Below, piece after piece: positions 1-9,635 of a DNA stretch of 53,143 nt. The notes below the pieces were generated by a model. It worked only from the letters and a program-made list of their open reading frames with translations, made no database searches and was not told the origin of the DNA. How positions within the stretch are numbered: the first letter of the stretch is position 1; each line of letters starts with the position of its first letter. This DNA is from a virus (lineage: Duplodnaviria; Caudoviricetes), in the IMG/VR virus record IMGVR_UViG_3300046028_008563, positions 1 through 53,143 of that record. One strand, given 5' to 3'. Made by a program: the position numbers and the translations under genes.

Positions 1-3
1 AGA

Positions 4-129
4 GCCTACCTGTGCAGCCGCAGCGCGCACGTCATGAGCCTTGATGACCTCAAGACTCGCATCACCAAGGGCTACCCCACCGGGACGCTCGCAGGCTTTG
101 CGCGCAAGCTCAAGCTCGATGACCTCGCC
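4..129 (+). repeat. 126-bp terminal direct repeat (second copy at 53018-53143); circular assembly overlap
   Basis: Exact match of GCCTACCTGTGCAGCC...GATGACCTCGCC at both ends, falling in the middle of a gene. Confidence 0.95.
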
Positions 130-333
130 CACATGAGCGACCCCGAGCAGGACAAGGAGCGCCGCGCCCTGCTCGCCGCTGCGATCCTCGCCAAGATCGA
201 GGGCATCGACTCAGGCGACGCACCCGCCGAGGAGCTGGCCCGCCACGCTGCCCCCGCCTCCCCCAAGAAGACCTCCAAGAAGGTCAAGGCGGCGGCGGCT
301 GATGGGGCCGAGGCGCCTGAGGTCCAGTCGTGA
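34..333 (+). CDS. 3' part of a virion-module hypothetical protein that starts at 52919 and crosses the circular join (about 142 aa)
   Basis: In frame with the ATG at 52919 via the terminal repeat; follows the major capsid gene. Confidence 0.8.
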   Translation: MSLDDLKTRITKGYPTGTLAGFARKLKLDDLAHMSDPEQDKERRALLAAAILAKIEGIDSGDAPAEELARHAAPASPKKTSKKVKAAAADGAEAPEVQS

Positions 334-752
334 GCATCGCCGTCTTTGGTCTCACATGGCAAGACGTCTTGCCTGAGCTGCCCTTTGATACAACCTCGAT
401 CGGCACCACCTCGACGCCCTCATCTGGCGACCTCACGGACTACCTTGAGGATGCGGGGAGCCAGCTCGCAGGCGTGCTGGCCAAGGCGGGCATCTCGCTC
501 ACGGGGCTTGACGACAACACGACGCGCCAGGTGCAAGACGCCTGCAAGGCCTACGCAGCGGCCAAGGCGATGGCGCGGATCGGATACAGCGGGCGCGAGC
601 GCGATGCGCGTCAGGCCCGCTTTGATAAGCTGCTCGCCGACTTCGCTGCCCGTCCCCAGCTGCTCGTGGCGGGGCAAGCCTCGCCGCGCACAAACGTGGA
701 CACCTCGTCAAACAAGACGCCGCGCACCTACGGGCTCGGCTACAAGTGGTGA
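330..752 (+). CDS. Putative head-tail connector/adaptor
   Basis: 140 aa, helical; lies between capsid and virion morphogenesis genes; GTGA overlap with upstream gene. Confidence 0.55.
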   Translation: MSIAVFGLTWQDVLPELPFDTTSIGTTSTPSSGDLTDYLEDAGSQLAGVLAKAGISLTGLDDNTTRQVQDACKAYAAAKAMARIGYSGRERDARQARFDKLLADFAARPQLLVAGQASPRTNVDTSSNKTPRTYGLGYKW

Positions 753-758
753 TGCGCC

Positions 759-1268
759 GTGGCCGACAAGACCCCTGACACGCTCGCCAAGGTGATGCGT
801 GAGCTTGGCGAGCGCATCACCCGCTGGCAGGACACCTCTCCGAAGCTCCACAAGTGGCTGCTGCTGCGCATCAAGCAGCAGATCGAGAGCCAGGGGCAGG
901 CCGAGGGGACGCCGTGGCCAGCGCTTGAGCAGAGCGAGCCGCGGTGGGCGAAGCTCAAGGCAGCGCTCGGCGCGGACCCCCGGCCGCTGCGCTGGAAGCC
1001 TGGTGAACAGGAGCGGCTCGTGCCCTCGCTCATCAACCCGCGCCACCCGCTGCACATCTTCGCGGCCCGCGGCGATGCGCAGGTCTTCGGCACGGCGGTC
1101 CCCTACGCCGCCCGCCACCAAAATGGCACGGGCACCAACCCCTTTGGCGAGCCGATCCCCAGACGCCCGCTCGTGACGCTCTCGGAGCGCTCACGCAGCC
1201 GTCTGGCGCAGCTGCTCGCCATCTACATCGCCCGCGGTCAGACACGCGGCAACCGCTGGGATCAGTGA
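759..1268 (+). CDS. Virion morphogenesis (Mu gpG-like/tail completion) protein
   Basis: Motifs G.PW..L, FGTAVPYAARHQNG and IPRRPL typical of this family. Confidence 0.8.
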   Translation: MADKTPDTLAKVMRELGERITRWQDTSPKLHKWLLLRIKQQIESQGQAEGTPWPALEQSEPRWAKLKAALGADPRPLRWKPGEQERLVPSLINPRHPLHIFAARGDAQVFGTAVPYAARHQNGTGTNPFGEPIPRRPLVTLSERSRSRLAQLLAIYIARGQTRGNRWDQ

Positions 1269-1846
1269 CCATGGCGCAGATTAGCATCGCAGAGAGCAGG
1301 CGGCTCGCCCTTGAGCGCGTGCGCACGGTGCTCGCCGCACAGCTCGGCGCCGAGATCACCGCGAGCGTGGTCGCCACCTCGCTCGCGCTGGAGTGTCCCG
1401 CCCCGACTGGTCTGTTCTTGCAGCAGACCATTGACTATACAGCGATCGCACGGGCGCACAGCTGCTTCGTCGTGATCGCCCCCGACGCCCCGCGGCGCAT
1501 CGTGCAAGCCGCGTCGGGTGGGCCGTCCACCTACAAGGCGACGAGTGAGCTCGACGTCGCGATCGCGCTCGCCTACCAGTACCGCCCACAGGTCCCCATC
1601 TCTGTCGGCGGCGTGCCGCTGCAAGCTGATGAGCTGATGCTGCGGCGCGGTGAGGTCTACCTCTCGGCGCTGCTCAACTGCCTGCACAAGTACCTGTGCG
1701 ATCAGGTGGCGGTGCACGACCTGACGCCGATCTCTGACGTCGCCGACGTGATCGCAGAGGACGGCTTCCCGGCGTGGGGTGTCGCCCAGCTCACGCTCAC
1801 GCTCACGCAGCTCCTCGCCATCCCGCAGCGCCGCCCGCTGCCTTGA
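1265..1846 (+). CDS. Putative tail terminator/completion protein
   Basis: Directly upstream of the tail tube gene; size fits. Confidence 0.45.
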   Translation: MTMAQISIAESRRLALERVRTVLAAQLGAEITASVVATSLALECPAPTGLFLQQTIDYTAIARAHSCFVVIAPDAPRRIVQAASGGPSTYKATSELDVAIALAYQYRPQVPISVGGVPLQADELMLRRGEVYLSALLNCLHKYLCDQVAVHDLTPISDVADVIAEDGFPAWGVAQLTLTLTQLLAIPQRRPLP

Positions 1847-1876
1847 CCTTCCCGCTCGCACAAGGAGACCTGATAA

Positions 1877-2974
1877 ATGGCTGACATCTCAGCAAACTAC
1901 AAGCGCATCCTCGCATACTCCGAGGGCACCTATGGCACCGACGCGGTAGAGCCGATCCTCACCACGGCGACAGCGGATATCGTCTGGCAGGACGTCCGCC
2001 AGAATTTTACCATCGCGCCTGTGCGCACGGTGGTGGAGATCGATCGGGCGCGTGGCTCGCAGTCGGGTGTGCCCCACAAGACGATCGCTGACCGGGCGAC
2101 CATCACGGGCGACATCCCGCTGTCAGGCTGGATCAGCGGCGACGCTGGCGAGGAGATGCCTTACTATGCGTGGGCGCTCAAGGCGTGCGGCATGAGCGAG
2201 ACGATCGTGTCTGCGACCTCTGCGACCTATCGCCCCTCGACCGCCCAGCAGGCAGGCGCCACGATCTACCTCTACACGCGCAACCTCGACGACAACAACT
2301 GGCGCCTCCAGTACACGACGGGCGTGCGCGGGTCGGCGAACTTCCAGTTCGCCTTGAACCAGGAGGCGTTCTTCTCGTTCAACGGGACGGGGCGCTACAC
2401 CGAGGAGATCAGCGACGCGGCGGCCTTCATCGGCGCGAGCACGGGTGCAGCGGCCCTCTTGAAGGATGGGTCCACGGCGGTCACAGCGCGCTCGGGCGGC
2501 GGCACCGAAGCCTACGCCAACAAGAGCCCGATCATGTGCACCAACATGACGGTCACGGTCGGCGGCAACACCTACTGCGTCAGCGCCTTGAACCTCGACC
2601 TGAACTGGACGCAGGACGTCAAGCAGTGCATGGGCGCAGCCGCCAACGTGCGCAACGTCTACCTCACCCGCGCCGCGGCCCAGCGCATCGCCGGGAGCTT
2701 CGACCTGCTCGACGGCGCCACGGCGCATGATCAGGTCGTGGACAGCTTCGTCAGCGGGGCGGAGCTCGCCTTCTCGATCGTGCTCACCGAGGGCACTGGC
2801 GCGACGGGTTCGGCTCGCATCACCATCTCGGGCTCAAAGCTCCAGATCGGCGCCTACTCCCGCGGCGCCGAGGGCGGCATCCAGAACCTCACCGTCCCCT
2901 TCTTCCTCAACGGCGGGTGGGGTGACCTCACGCAAGATGACGATTTCTCAATCGTTTATGATGAGGTGCCCTGA
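1877..2974 (+). CDS. Major tail tube protein
   Basis: 365 aa, beta-rich; N-terminal E.TYG motif; AAGGAG RBS; precedes chaperones and tape measure. Confidence 0.75.
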   Translation: MADISANYKRILAYSEGTYGTDAVEPILTTATADIVWQDVRQNFTIAPVRTVVEIDRARGSQSGVPHKTIADRATITGDIPLSGWISGDAGEEMPYYAWALKACGMSETIVSATSATYRPSTAQQAGATIYLYTRNLDDNNWRLQYTTGVRGSANFQFALNQEAFFSFNGTGRYTEEISDAAAFIGASTGAAALLKDGSTAVTARSGGGTEAYANKSPIMCTNMTVTVGGNTYCVSALNLDLNWTQDVKQCMGAAANVRNVYLTRAAAQRIAGSFDLLDGATAHDQVVDSFVSGAELAFSIVLTEGTGATGSARITISGSKLQIGAYSRGAEGGIQNLTVPFFLNGGWGDLTQDDDFSIVYDEVP

Positions 2975-3590
2975 TCCATGGCGGCAGGCGGCGGGCGTGG
3001 TGTGGTGGGCGCTGCCGCCCGTGGAGGCTCAGGACGTGCTTGAGCTCATCGCCACGGGCGGCGCGCTGCTGCCTCCCCGCGCCGACCGCCTGACCGCGTG
3101 GCTCGCCGCCCGCATCGTCGAGGTGGAGGGGGTGGAGGGCGAGGGCGGGGCGCCGCTTGCGTGGGGCGACATCCCCATCTGGCGACGTCCCCGCGTGCTT
3201 GATCTGCTGCTCACATGGGGCGAGCAGCAGCAGCTCGCCCACCACCTGCTCGCCTCCGTCTCACTCACCCGCGAGGCCCATGGGGCGCTCACGGCGGCGT
3301 GTCGTGTCCTGTGGGATGGCGGGTGTGAGTGTCCTGTCTGCAAGGGTGAGGCAGGCCCGGCGCACATCCCCTGCCGCTACACCCCGCCCCAGCGGGCAGC
3401 GCTCGCCCAGCTCCTCGCCCACACCCCACAGCTTGATCAGCCCGACCTGTCCGCGCCGTGGTGGCTCTGGCAGATGAGCGCGATCTGGCGACACAGCAAG
3501 ACAGCCAAACAGGCAGACGCCCGCAAGCAGCGCCAGGAGCGCGAGCGCGTGCGTGACCGCCTCTCTCAGCTCGGACTGGTGCCACAATGA
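2961..3590 (+). CDS. Putative tail assembly chaperone region protein (contains CECPVC)
   Basis: Between tube and tape measure; start reassigned to the ATG near the tube gene stop (uncertain). Confidence 0.45.
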   Translation: MRCPDPWRQAAGVVWWALPPVEAQDVLELIATGGALLPPRADRLTAWLAARIVEVEGVEGEGGAPLAWGDIPIWRRPRVLDLLLTWGEQQQLAHHLLASVSLTREAHGALTAACRVLWDGGCECPVCKGEAGPAHIPCRYTPPQRAALAQLLAHTPQLDQPDLSAPWWLWQMSAIWRHSKTAKQADARKQRQERERVRDRLSQLGLVPQ

Positions 3591-4036
3591 TGAAGTTTTA
3601 CGGTGATGGTGTCTGGCTCAAGGTCCGCGTCCACGGCTCGCTCGTCAAGCTCAAGCGGCCCGCGGGCTCTCAGATCGCCTCGCTCGCGGACCGCGTGCCA
3701 AATGTCATGCGGGCCACCCGCATCGCAGCCGAGGCCCGCGCCGAGGATGCACAGGACATCAAGGTGGCGGTGCCTGCCGAGGAGATCCGCGAGGTGTGCG
3801 CCCTGCTCGCCGACCTGACCCTTGAGGTCGAGGGGCTTGACTGGGCAGGGCTTGACGCCGCCGCCCGTGAGCGCTGCTGGGACGAGCAGGGCGCCTCTCA
3901 GGTCTTCCGCACCTTCGGGCTCGTCTTCGGCGCGCACCTCGTGCCTGCCGCGGTCGAGGCGATCAACGCGACCTGTGACCCGATCCAGCCAGCCGCTGCC
4001 CCTGTGAAGAAGTCTCGCACCAACAAGAAGGTCTGA
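3587..4036 (+). CDS. Putative tail assembly chaperone
   Basis: 149 aa, immediately before the tape measure gene; ATGA overlap. Confidence 0.5.
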   Translation: MMKFYGDGVWLKVRVHGSLVKLKRPAGSQIASLADRVPNVMRATRIAAEARAEDAQDIKVAVPAEEIREVCALLADLTLEVEGLDWAGLDAAARERCWDEQGASQVFRTFGLVFGAHLVPAAVEAINATCDPIQPAAAPVKKSRTNKKV

Positions 4037-4037
4037 C

Positions 4038-6485
4038 ATGTCAGCCGCCGAGCAGGTCGTCATCATCATCCGCGTCAAGGACGACGCCGCGACAGACGCG
4101 CTCGCACGCGCCGCCGAGGAGGCAGAGCGTCTGGGCAAGGCGAGCGAGGGGGCAGGCAAGGCGACCGAGGAGGCGGGCGGCAAGTCTGACCGCTGGGCGA
4201 CCGTGCTCACCGGGCTCTCAAGCGGCCTTGAGCTGGCCCGCTCCGCTGCGGCGCTCGCCGCGTCTGCGATCACTGGCGTCGCTGGTGCGATCTCTGGCGC
4301 CGTGGAGGCGTACCGCGAGCAGGAGGGCGCGAACCGCCTGCTGATCGAGTCGCTCTCAAGGGCGGGGCTGCAAGGTGAGGCGCTTGAGACCCGCTTTGAT
4401 ACCCTGGCGGCGGCGGCGGCAGACTTCGCGGACCGCACAGCCTTCGGCGATGAGGCGATCTTTGCGGGCCTCTCCAAGTATATCCAGCTCACGGGGCAAG
4501 CAGAGGTCACCACCAAGGATCTCTCGATCATCCTCGGCATCGCTGCCCGCCAGCAGATCGAGGCCAAGGATGCCGCCGACCTGTACGGCAAGGCGATCAA
4601 GGGCGACATCGGCCCCCTGATCGATCTCGTCGCGATCACCAAGGATCAGGAGGCGGTGCTTGAGGCGATCCCCACCTCGGCGGGCAAGGCGGCGGCTGCA
4701 CAGAAGCTCCTCGCGGAGAGCTATGCGGGTGCGGCGGAGGGCGGCAACGCCAACTTTCAGAGCCTCAAAAACCTGACAGACGCGACGGGTGAGCTGACGC
4801 AGAAGGTCGGTGAGGTCATCGTCGAGTCGGGCCTCTTTCAGGCTGTCTTGCAGCCGCTCACCAAGGCGCTGCGTCTGGTCGAGGGGATGGTCGAGGAGAA
4901 CAAGGAGGGGCTCCAAGGCCTGATCCTTGACGGGCTGGACATGGCGATCGATGCCGTCCAGTCGTTCAGCATCACGCTCGCACAGAACGCCGATTTTATC
5001 GCAGGTGTCGTGACGGTCGTGCGCCTCGGCGTCAACGCCTTCCGCGCCATGTTCGACATTATCACCGCCGTCAACAAGGTGGTGTTCGCCTTCGTTACGG
5101 GTGCGCTGACTGGTGTGGTCGAGGGCTTGAGCCAGCTTATCAACCTCGCCGCGCTCGCCGCCGAGAAGGTAGACGAGGATCTTGCAGTGTCGCTGCGCGG
5201 TGCGTCTGCCGCAGCGGGCGAGATCAGCGAGCGGCTCGCGGGGCTCTCGCTTGGTGCGCTGGAGGGGGCGGCTGAGAATATCGGGGATCTTGGGCAGGTC
5301 TGGGAGAACGTCGGCGAGGCGCTCGATGACACGCTCCCGATCTCCAACAAGCTCGCCGCCGCCTTCGGTGAGGTCGGCACACAGGCCGCGAGGAGCCGTC
5401 TGCAGGTGCAAGAGCTGCGCAAGGAGATCGGCAAGGAGCAGGGGGGCGACGGCAAGAAGAAGCCACCACCCCGCCCGCCCGCCTCGGTGGACGGCGCGGC
5501 CAAGGCCGAGGAGGCGCGCAAGAAGCGCTTTGAGGAGCAGCTCGCAGGCATCCGGCTCGCTGCGCTGGAGACAGAGGACAAGCGGGCGCAGGCCCAGCTC
5601 GAGCTCAACGCCAAGCTCCTTGAGATCGAGCGCGACAGGCTGGAGGGCAACAGCCGCCTGCTCGCGACCGCCGAGGCGACGGTTGCCTACAAGCAGCAAA
5701 TCGCCACGCTGGAGCGCGAGGCCGCCGAGGCTGCGACCAGGGCCGCCGAGGAGGAGAAGAAGCGTCAGGAGGAGGCGCTGCGCACGCTCGCCGCGAGGAT
5801 CGAGCAGGAGCAGGCGTTGAATGACGCCATCACCTCCCAGCTTGACAGCTTCGCCACGTCGGGCGGCACGCTCGGGCGCGTGGCGGCTGGCGCGGCGCGG
5901 CTCAATGAAGTGCTCGGCAAGAGCGTCACCATCAGCCGCAACCTTGAGGCGGGGCTGATCGGCGGCGCCGAGGCAGCACAACAGGCGATCGGCGTCGCGG
6001 GCGGGGCGGCTGTCACGTTTGCCTCCCAGCTCGGCGCCTCCGCGTCGGAGCAGGCGGGCATCCTCGCGCTCTTTGAGGGTGCGGCGGCGCTCGCGAGCTT
6101 CGCCGTGGGCGACCTGCGCGGCGGCGCCCAGCACGCCGCCGCCGCCGCCCTGTATGGGGTGGTCGCAGGGACAGGGGCCGCCGCTGCGTCAGGCCCCTCT
6201 GGTGGCAGCGCTGGTGCCTCGACAGGTGGCGGCGCGGGCAACGCGTCGGGTGCGTCTGGGGAGGACGGTGCGCGACGTGGGGCGCAGGTGCTCGCCGAGG
6301 AGATCGCATCAGCGATGGGTGAGTCGTCGGCGCCCATCGTCATCAACTACGACCAGCGGGGGAGCTTCCTCGTGGACAGCCCGGCAGGTCAAAGGATGCT
6401 GTTCAATGCGGCGGCAGGCGGCGGCCGACAGGTCGGCGTGGACCTCGAAGACCTCAAGGCGAGCAGACAGGGGAGGCGAGTATGA
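4038..6485 (+). CDS. Tail tape measure protein
   Basis: 815 aa, Ala/Leu-rich helical; N-terminal IIIRVKDDAT; hydrophobic central segment; coiled coils. Confidence 0.88.
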   Translation: MSAAEQVVIIIRVKDDAATDALARAAEEAERLGKASEGAGKATEEAGGKSDRWATVLTGLSSGLELARSAAALAASAITGVAGAISGAVEAYREQEGANRLLIESLSRAGLQGEALETRFDTLAAAAADFADRTAFGDEAIFAGLSKYIQLTGQAEVTTKDLSIILGIAARQQIEAKDAADLYGKAIKGDIGPLIDLVAITKDQEAVLEAIPTSAGKAAAAQKLLAESYAGAAEGGNANFQSLKNLTDATGELTQKVGEVIVESGLFQAVLQPLTKALRLVEGMVEENKEGLQGLILDGLDMAIDAVQSFSITLAQNADFIAGVVTVVRLGVNAFRAMFDIITAVNKVVFAFVTGALTGVVEGLSQLINLAALAAEKVDEDLAVSLRGASAAAGEISERLAGLSLGALEGAAENIGDLGQVWENVGEALDDTLPISNKLAAAFGEVGTQAARSRLQVQELRKEIGKEQGGDGKKKPPPRPPASVDGAAKAEEARKKRFEEQLAGIRLAALETEDKRAQAQLELNAKLLEIERDRLEGNSRLLATAEATVAYKQQIATLEREAAEAATRAAEEEKKRQEEALRTLAARIEQEQALNDAITSQLDSFATSGGTLGRVAAGAARLNEVLGKSVTISRNLEAGLIGGAEAAQQAIGVAGGAAVTFASQLGASASEQAGILALFEGAAALASFAVGDLRGGAQHAAAAALYGVVAGTGAAAASGPSGGSAGASTGGGAGNASGASGEDGARRGAQVLAEEIASAMGESSAPIVINYDQRGSFLVDSPAGQRMLFNAAAGGGRQVGVDLEDLKASRQGRRV

Positions 6486-7399
6486 CCAGCTATCGACAGG
6501 GACAGGACGTCTGGCTCTACCCCGTGGTGGTGCCCACGAGCTGCAGCATCGCGTGGACCGAGACGGCAGGCGATCAGGTGGCATCAGTGCCCGCTGGCAC
6601 CTATTGGGCCTACGCGGGGGCGACCCTGCCGGGATACCCCTCGCTGCTCAACGCGCTCGCGGCTGCGATGAGCGCGGCGAGCGCGTTTGCGGGTGACGTC
6701 GTGACGTACTCGTCGCGTGCCCTCACGCCCATACACTCCCCGGAGCAGACATGGGCAGGCATCGCGCTCGTGGGCAGCTCAGCTGACTTCCTGTCGCTGG
6801 ACCTCGACAACACCCACGAGCTGCTGCGCAAGGTCTTGGGCTTTGACGCCGCGCTCACCGCGACCATCTCCACGGTGGTCGGCACCACGAGCGCTCGCCG
6901 CGAGGTGCAAGGGCGCTTTACGAGGTGGGGCGCGTGGCTCTCCCCGGCGCCCGCGTCAAGCAGGATGCGCTCGCCCCGCCGCCTCATCGAGTGGGCCACT
7001 GAATACACCGAGCGCGATGATGCGTATGCGGTGGATCACGGCGACAGGTCCACCCGCGAGTGGGTCTATGAGTGGATCCTCGGCGGCCATGTCTTCTCGG
7101 CGCTGGCGCTGGATATCCAGTACGCCGACGCCGCGGGGCTCGCCGTGGGCGACGTCTACAACGCGTTTGAGGACGTGTGGCGGGCGCTCGCGCAGCTCGA
7201 TGAGGTTGTAGTGATCCACCACAACGAGGGCGACGCGGTGGATCTCGCGGTCATCACCCACGCCTACGACGTGGTGCGGCTCGCGAACCGGGACCAGGCG
7301 CGAGACTTCCGCCGCGTGGCAGAGCTGCTGCGCACCGCGGGCGAGTATTACAAGCTGACGGTCGAGTGTGCGATAAGGGTGAGCGGCGATGGCTACTAA
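6482..7399 (+). CDS. Putative distal tail/tail tip protein
   Basis: First gene after tape measure; ATGA-coupled. Confidence 0.5.
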   Translation: MTSYRQGQDVWLYPVVVPTSCSIAWTETAGDQVASVPAGTYWAYAGATLPGYPSLLNALAAAMSAASAFAGDVVTYSSRALTPIHSPEQTWAGIALVGSSADFLSLDLDNTHELLRKVLGFDAALTATISTVVGTTSARREVQGRFTRWGAWLSPAPASSRMRSPRRLIEWATEYTERDDAYAVDHGDRSTREWVYEWILGGHVFSALALDIQYADAAGLAVGDVYNAFEDVWRALAQLDEVVVIHHNEGDAVDLAVITHAYDVVRLANRDQARDFRRVAELLRTAGEYYKLTVECAIRVSGDGY

Positions 7400-9635
7400 G
7401 CGCGTGCTGATCGGCTTCCAGTTCGAGGGCGTGGGGCTCGATACGGACAAGGCAGGCGGCCTGTGCGTCTCGTGGGGCCGCTGGTCCCCGCATGCCAGCT
7501 CCGCTCTGGAGTGGGTGGAGGCGCTCGCGAGCTTACCCGCCGCGGTGTCCACGGAGGTCAACCCGTATACTGGCGACTGGAGCACCTCATCCTTTAGCGT
7601 CCAGCTCCTCGCGAGCGACCGGCTGGCGCGGCTGTTCCTCTCCGACCAGCGCCGGGCGCAGGGCGCGTTGACCGTCGCGATCGGGGCGGGTACCACGTCC
7701 GGGATCTCGGTCGGCCTCACCACGCTCGCAGGGCAGGTGATCTGGGTTGACGATGAGGCGATCCTGCTCGGCGAGCACACCTCCGGCGGCGCCTACGTCG
7801 ACTGCGTGCGCGGCTTCTGGGGCAGCTCGGCGGTGAGCCATGCGCTCGGCGCGCTCGTCTACACGCGCATCCCCCAGTGGCAGATGCGGCTCGTGCGGCT
7901 CATCGAGCATGACGTGGACACGGGCACCGAGCGGGTGCGCTGGCGTGGGCTGGTGCGCGACATCGACATGGACCGGGGGATGATCACCGTGTCGTGTGAT
8001 GAGTACCTCGCGGCGCTGACGCGGGCCTCCGTCAACCGCAGCGCTCGCGATCTGGCGCAGGGCGCGGGGCTCAGATGGGAGGTGCGCCCGGCCTCGGTGG
8101 TGCTGCGCGGCGCGTCTGCCATCGCGGCGCCGAGCAGCGTGGCGCAGGGCACTGGCTCGCTCCTGTACGTCGAGGCGGAGGGCTACATCTCCTCGATTGA
8201 GCAGGTCACGCTGGAGGGCGGCGCGCCCCTGTTTGTGGACCAGTGGAGCTACGGGCGGCGTCCCGAGGCGACCGATGGGGACACCTACAGCGGCTCGCTC
8301 TGGGAGGTGCTGGTGCTCCCCGACACGCTGGATGGGCTTGTCACCGCCTACCCCCACGCCCACCCGCTGACCTGTGCGCTGGCGCTGCTGACCTCATCGG
8401 GCACTGGCTCGCTCGGCGACTTCGACGCGCTCGGCGTCGCGTGGGGCTTGGGGCTCGACGTGGTGGACCTCGCGTCATGGACCGCGGAGATCGAGCGGAC
8501 GCCCTACCTCGCGATCGATCATCTCGTGCTGGGCGCAGGCGGCGAGGCGGTCAACGCCCTGCAGGTCGTGCAAGACACCCTGCTGCGCCCCTTCGGGTAC
8601 TTCTTGGCCGTGACGATCGAGGGTCTCCTCTCGATCGCAAGACTCGGCCTGCCCACCCTTGCTGCGCAGGCGGCGGCGGGCAGCGGCGCGAGCGTCTACC
8701 CTGACGGTCCGCTCGTGCTGGAGCGGGCGCTCGGAGAGCAGGCGCTGGAGGTGTCCGCGCAGGTCGGCGGCACGCCCGGCACAGGTGATGGGCGCTCGGT
8801 GCTGCTGCGCGAGCCGAACAGCTACACGCGCCGCTCCCAGCTCGGCGACGCCCGCCGCCTCTCCTACGACCTCCAGGCGATCAGCCCGCGGCGCCTCTCC
8901 ACGCTCCGGCGCGGCGGTGGCGCGCTCGTCTCCGCGCTCGCCTCGCTGCTCTCGCTGGGGCTCGACACCGTGCCTCGGCTGCGCGTGCGGATCGCTGACC
9001 ACACGGTCACGGGCACCGCAGCGCCAGACCTCGGCGCGTGGGTGACGCTTGCAGACCTTGGACCGCTGCAAGACGCGTGGCTCGTGAACGCAGATGGCGA
9101 GCGGGTGAGCGATGTGACAGGCCCGTCGTGGATCGGGATGGTCACAGGCCGCGCATGGGATCTCTCAGACCACAGCTACACGCTCACGCTGCTGCTGCTC
9201 GGTTACCGCGTCGGCGCCTACGTCCGCGAGCGTGCGCCCGCGGCGGTGGTGTTCAGCTACAACGCAGGCACGCTCACCATCGTAACGGAGGACAGCATCT
9301 TTGGCGGCGACCCGTATGACGCCACAGCGTTCACGGTGGGTGATGAGGTCGCGCTGTACGAGCGGGATGGCAGGCTCGCGAGCTTCGACGTCAGGACGGT
9401 GACATCGGTGAGCTTCAACGCCATCACCATCTCGTCAGCCTTCAGTTCTGCACCCTCGGCAGGTCGCGTGCTGGGCCTGCCATACTCCAACGAGTTCGCC
9501 AACACCTCCCGCTACCCCGCGACGCCGAGGCCCTACGCTGCGATCGCAGACGTGGGCGAGGGGATCATCGAGGAGCTGGACGGCTCCAACAGCCCGCCCG
9601 ACATCTACGGCTCGTCAGTCTATGGAGGTGTGTAA
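7389..9635 (+). CDS. Putative tail tip/baseplate hub protein
   Basis: 748 aa; motif VDDEAI..G......VDCVRGFWGS.A.SH; position in tail module. Confidence 0.6.
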   Translation: MATKRVLIGFQFEGVGLDTDKAGGLCVSWGRWSPHASSALEWVEALASLPAAVSTEVNPYTGDWSTSSFSVQLLASDRLARLFLSDQRRAQGALTVAIGAGTTSGISVGLTTLAGQVIWVDDEAILLGEHTSGGAYVDCVRGFWGSSAVSHALGALVYTRIPQWQMRLVRLIEHDVDTGTERVRWRGLVRDIDMDRGMITVSCDEYLAALTRASVNRSARDLAQGAGLRWEVRPASVVLRGASAIAAPSSVAQGTGSLLYVEAEGYISSIEQVTLEGGAPLFVDQWSYGRRPEATDGDTYSGSLWEVLVLPDTLDGLVTAYPHAHPLTCALALLTSSGTGSLGDFDALGVAWGLGLDVVDLASWTAEIERTPYLAIDHLVLGAGGEAVNALQVVQDTLLRPFGYFLAVTIEGLLSIARLGLPTLAAQAAAGSGASVYPDGPLVLERALGEQALEVSAQVGGTPGTGDGRSVLLREPNSYTRRSQLGDARRLSYDLQAISPRRLSTLRRGGGALVSALASLLSLGLDTVPRLRVRIADHTVTGTAAPDLGAWVTLADLGPLQDAWLVNADGERVSDVTGPSWIGMVTGRAWDLSDHSYTLTLLLLGYRVGAYVRERAPAAVVFSYNAGTLTIVTEDSIFGGDPYDATAFTVGDEVALYERDGRLASFDVRTVTSVSFNAITISSAFSSAPSAGRVLGLPYSNEFANTSRYPATPRPYAAIADVGEGIIEELDGSNSPPDIYGSSVYGGV

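Noticed and set aside
2961-4036. Programmed -1 frameshift between tail chaperones
   Set aside because: No X XXY YYZ slippery heptamer seen at either gene end; the second gene has its own coupled ATG
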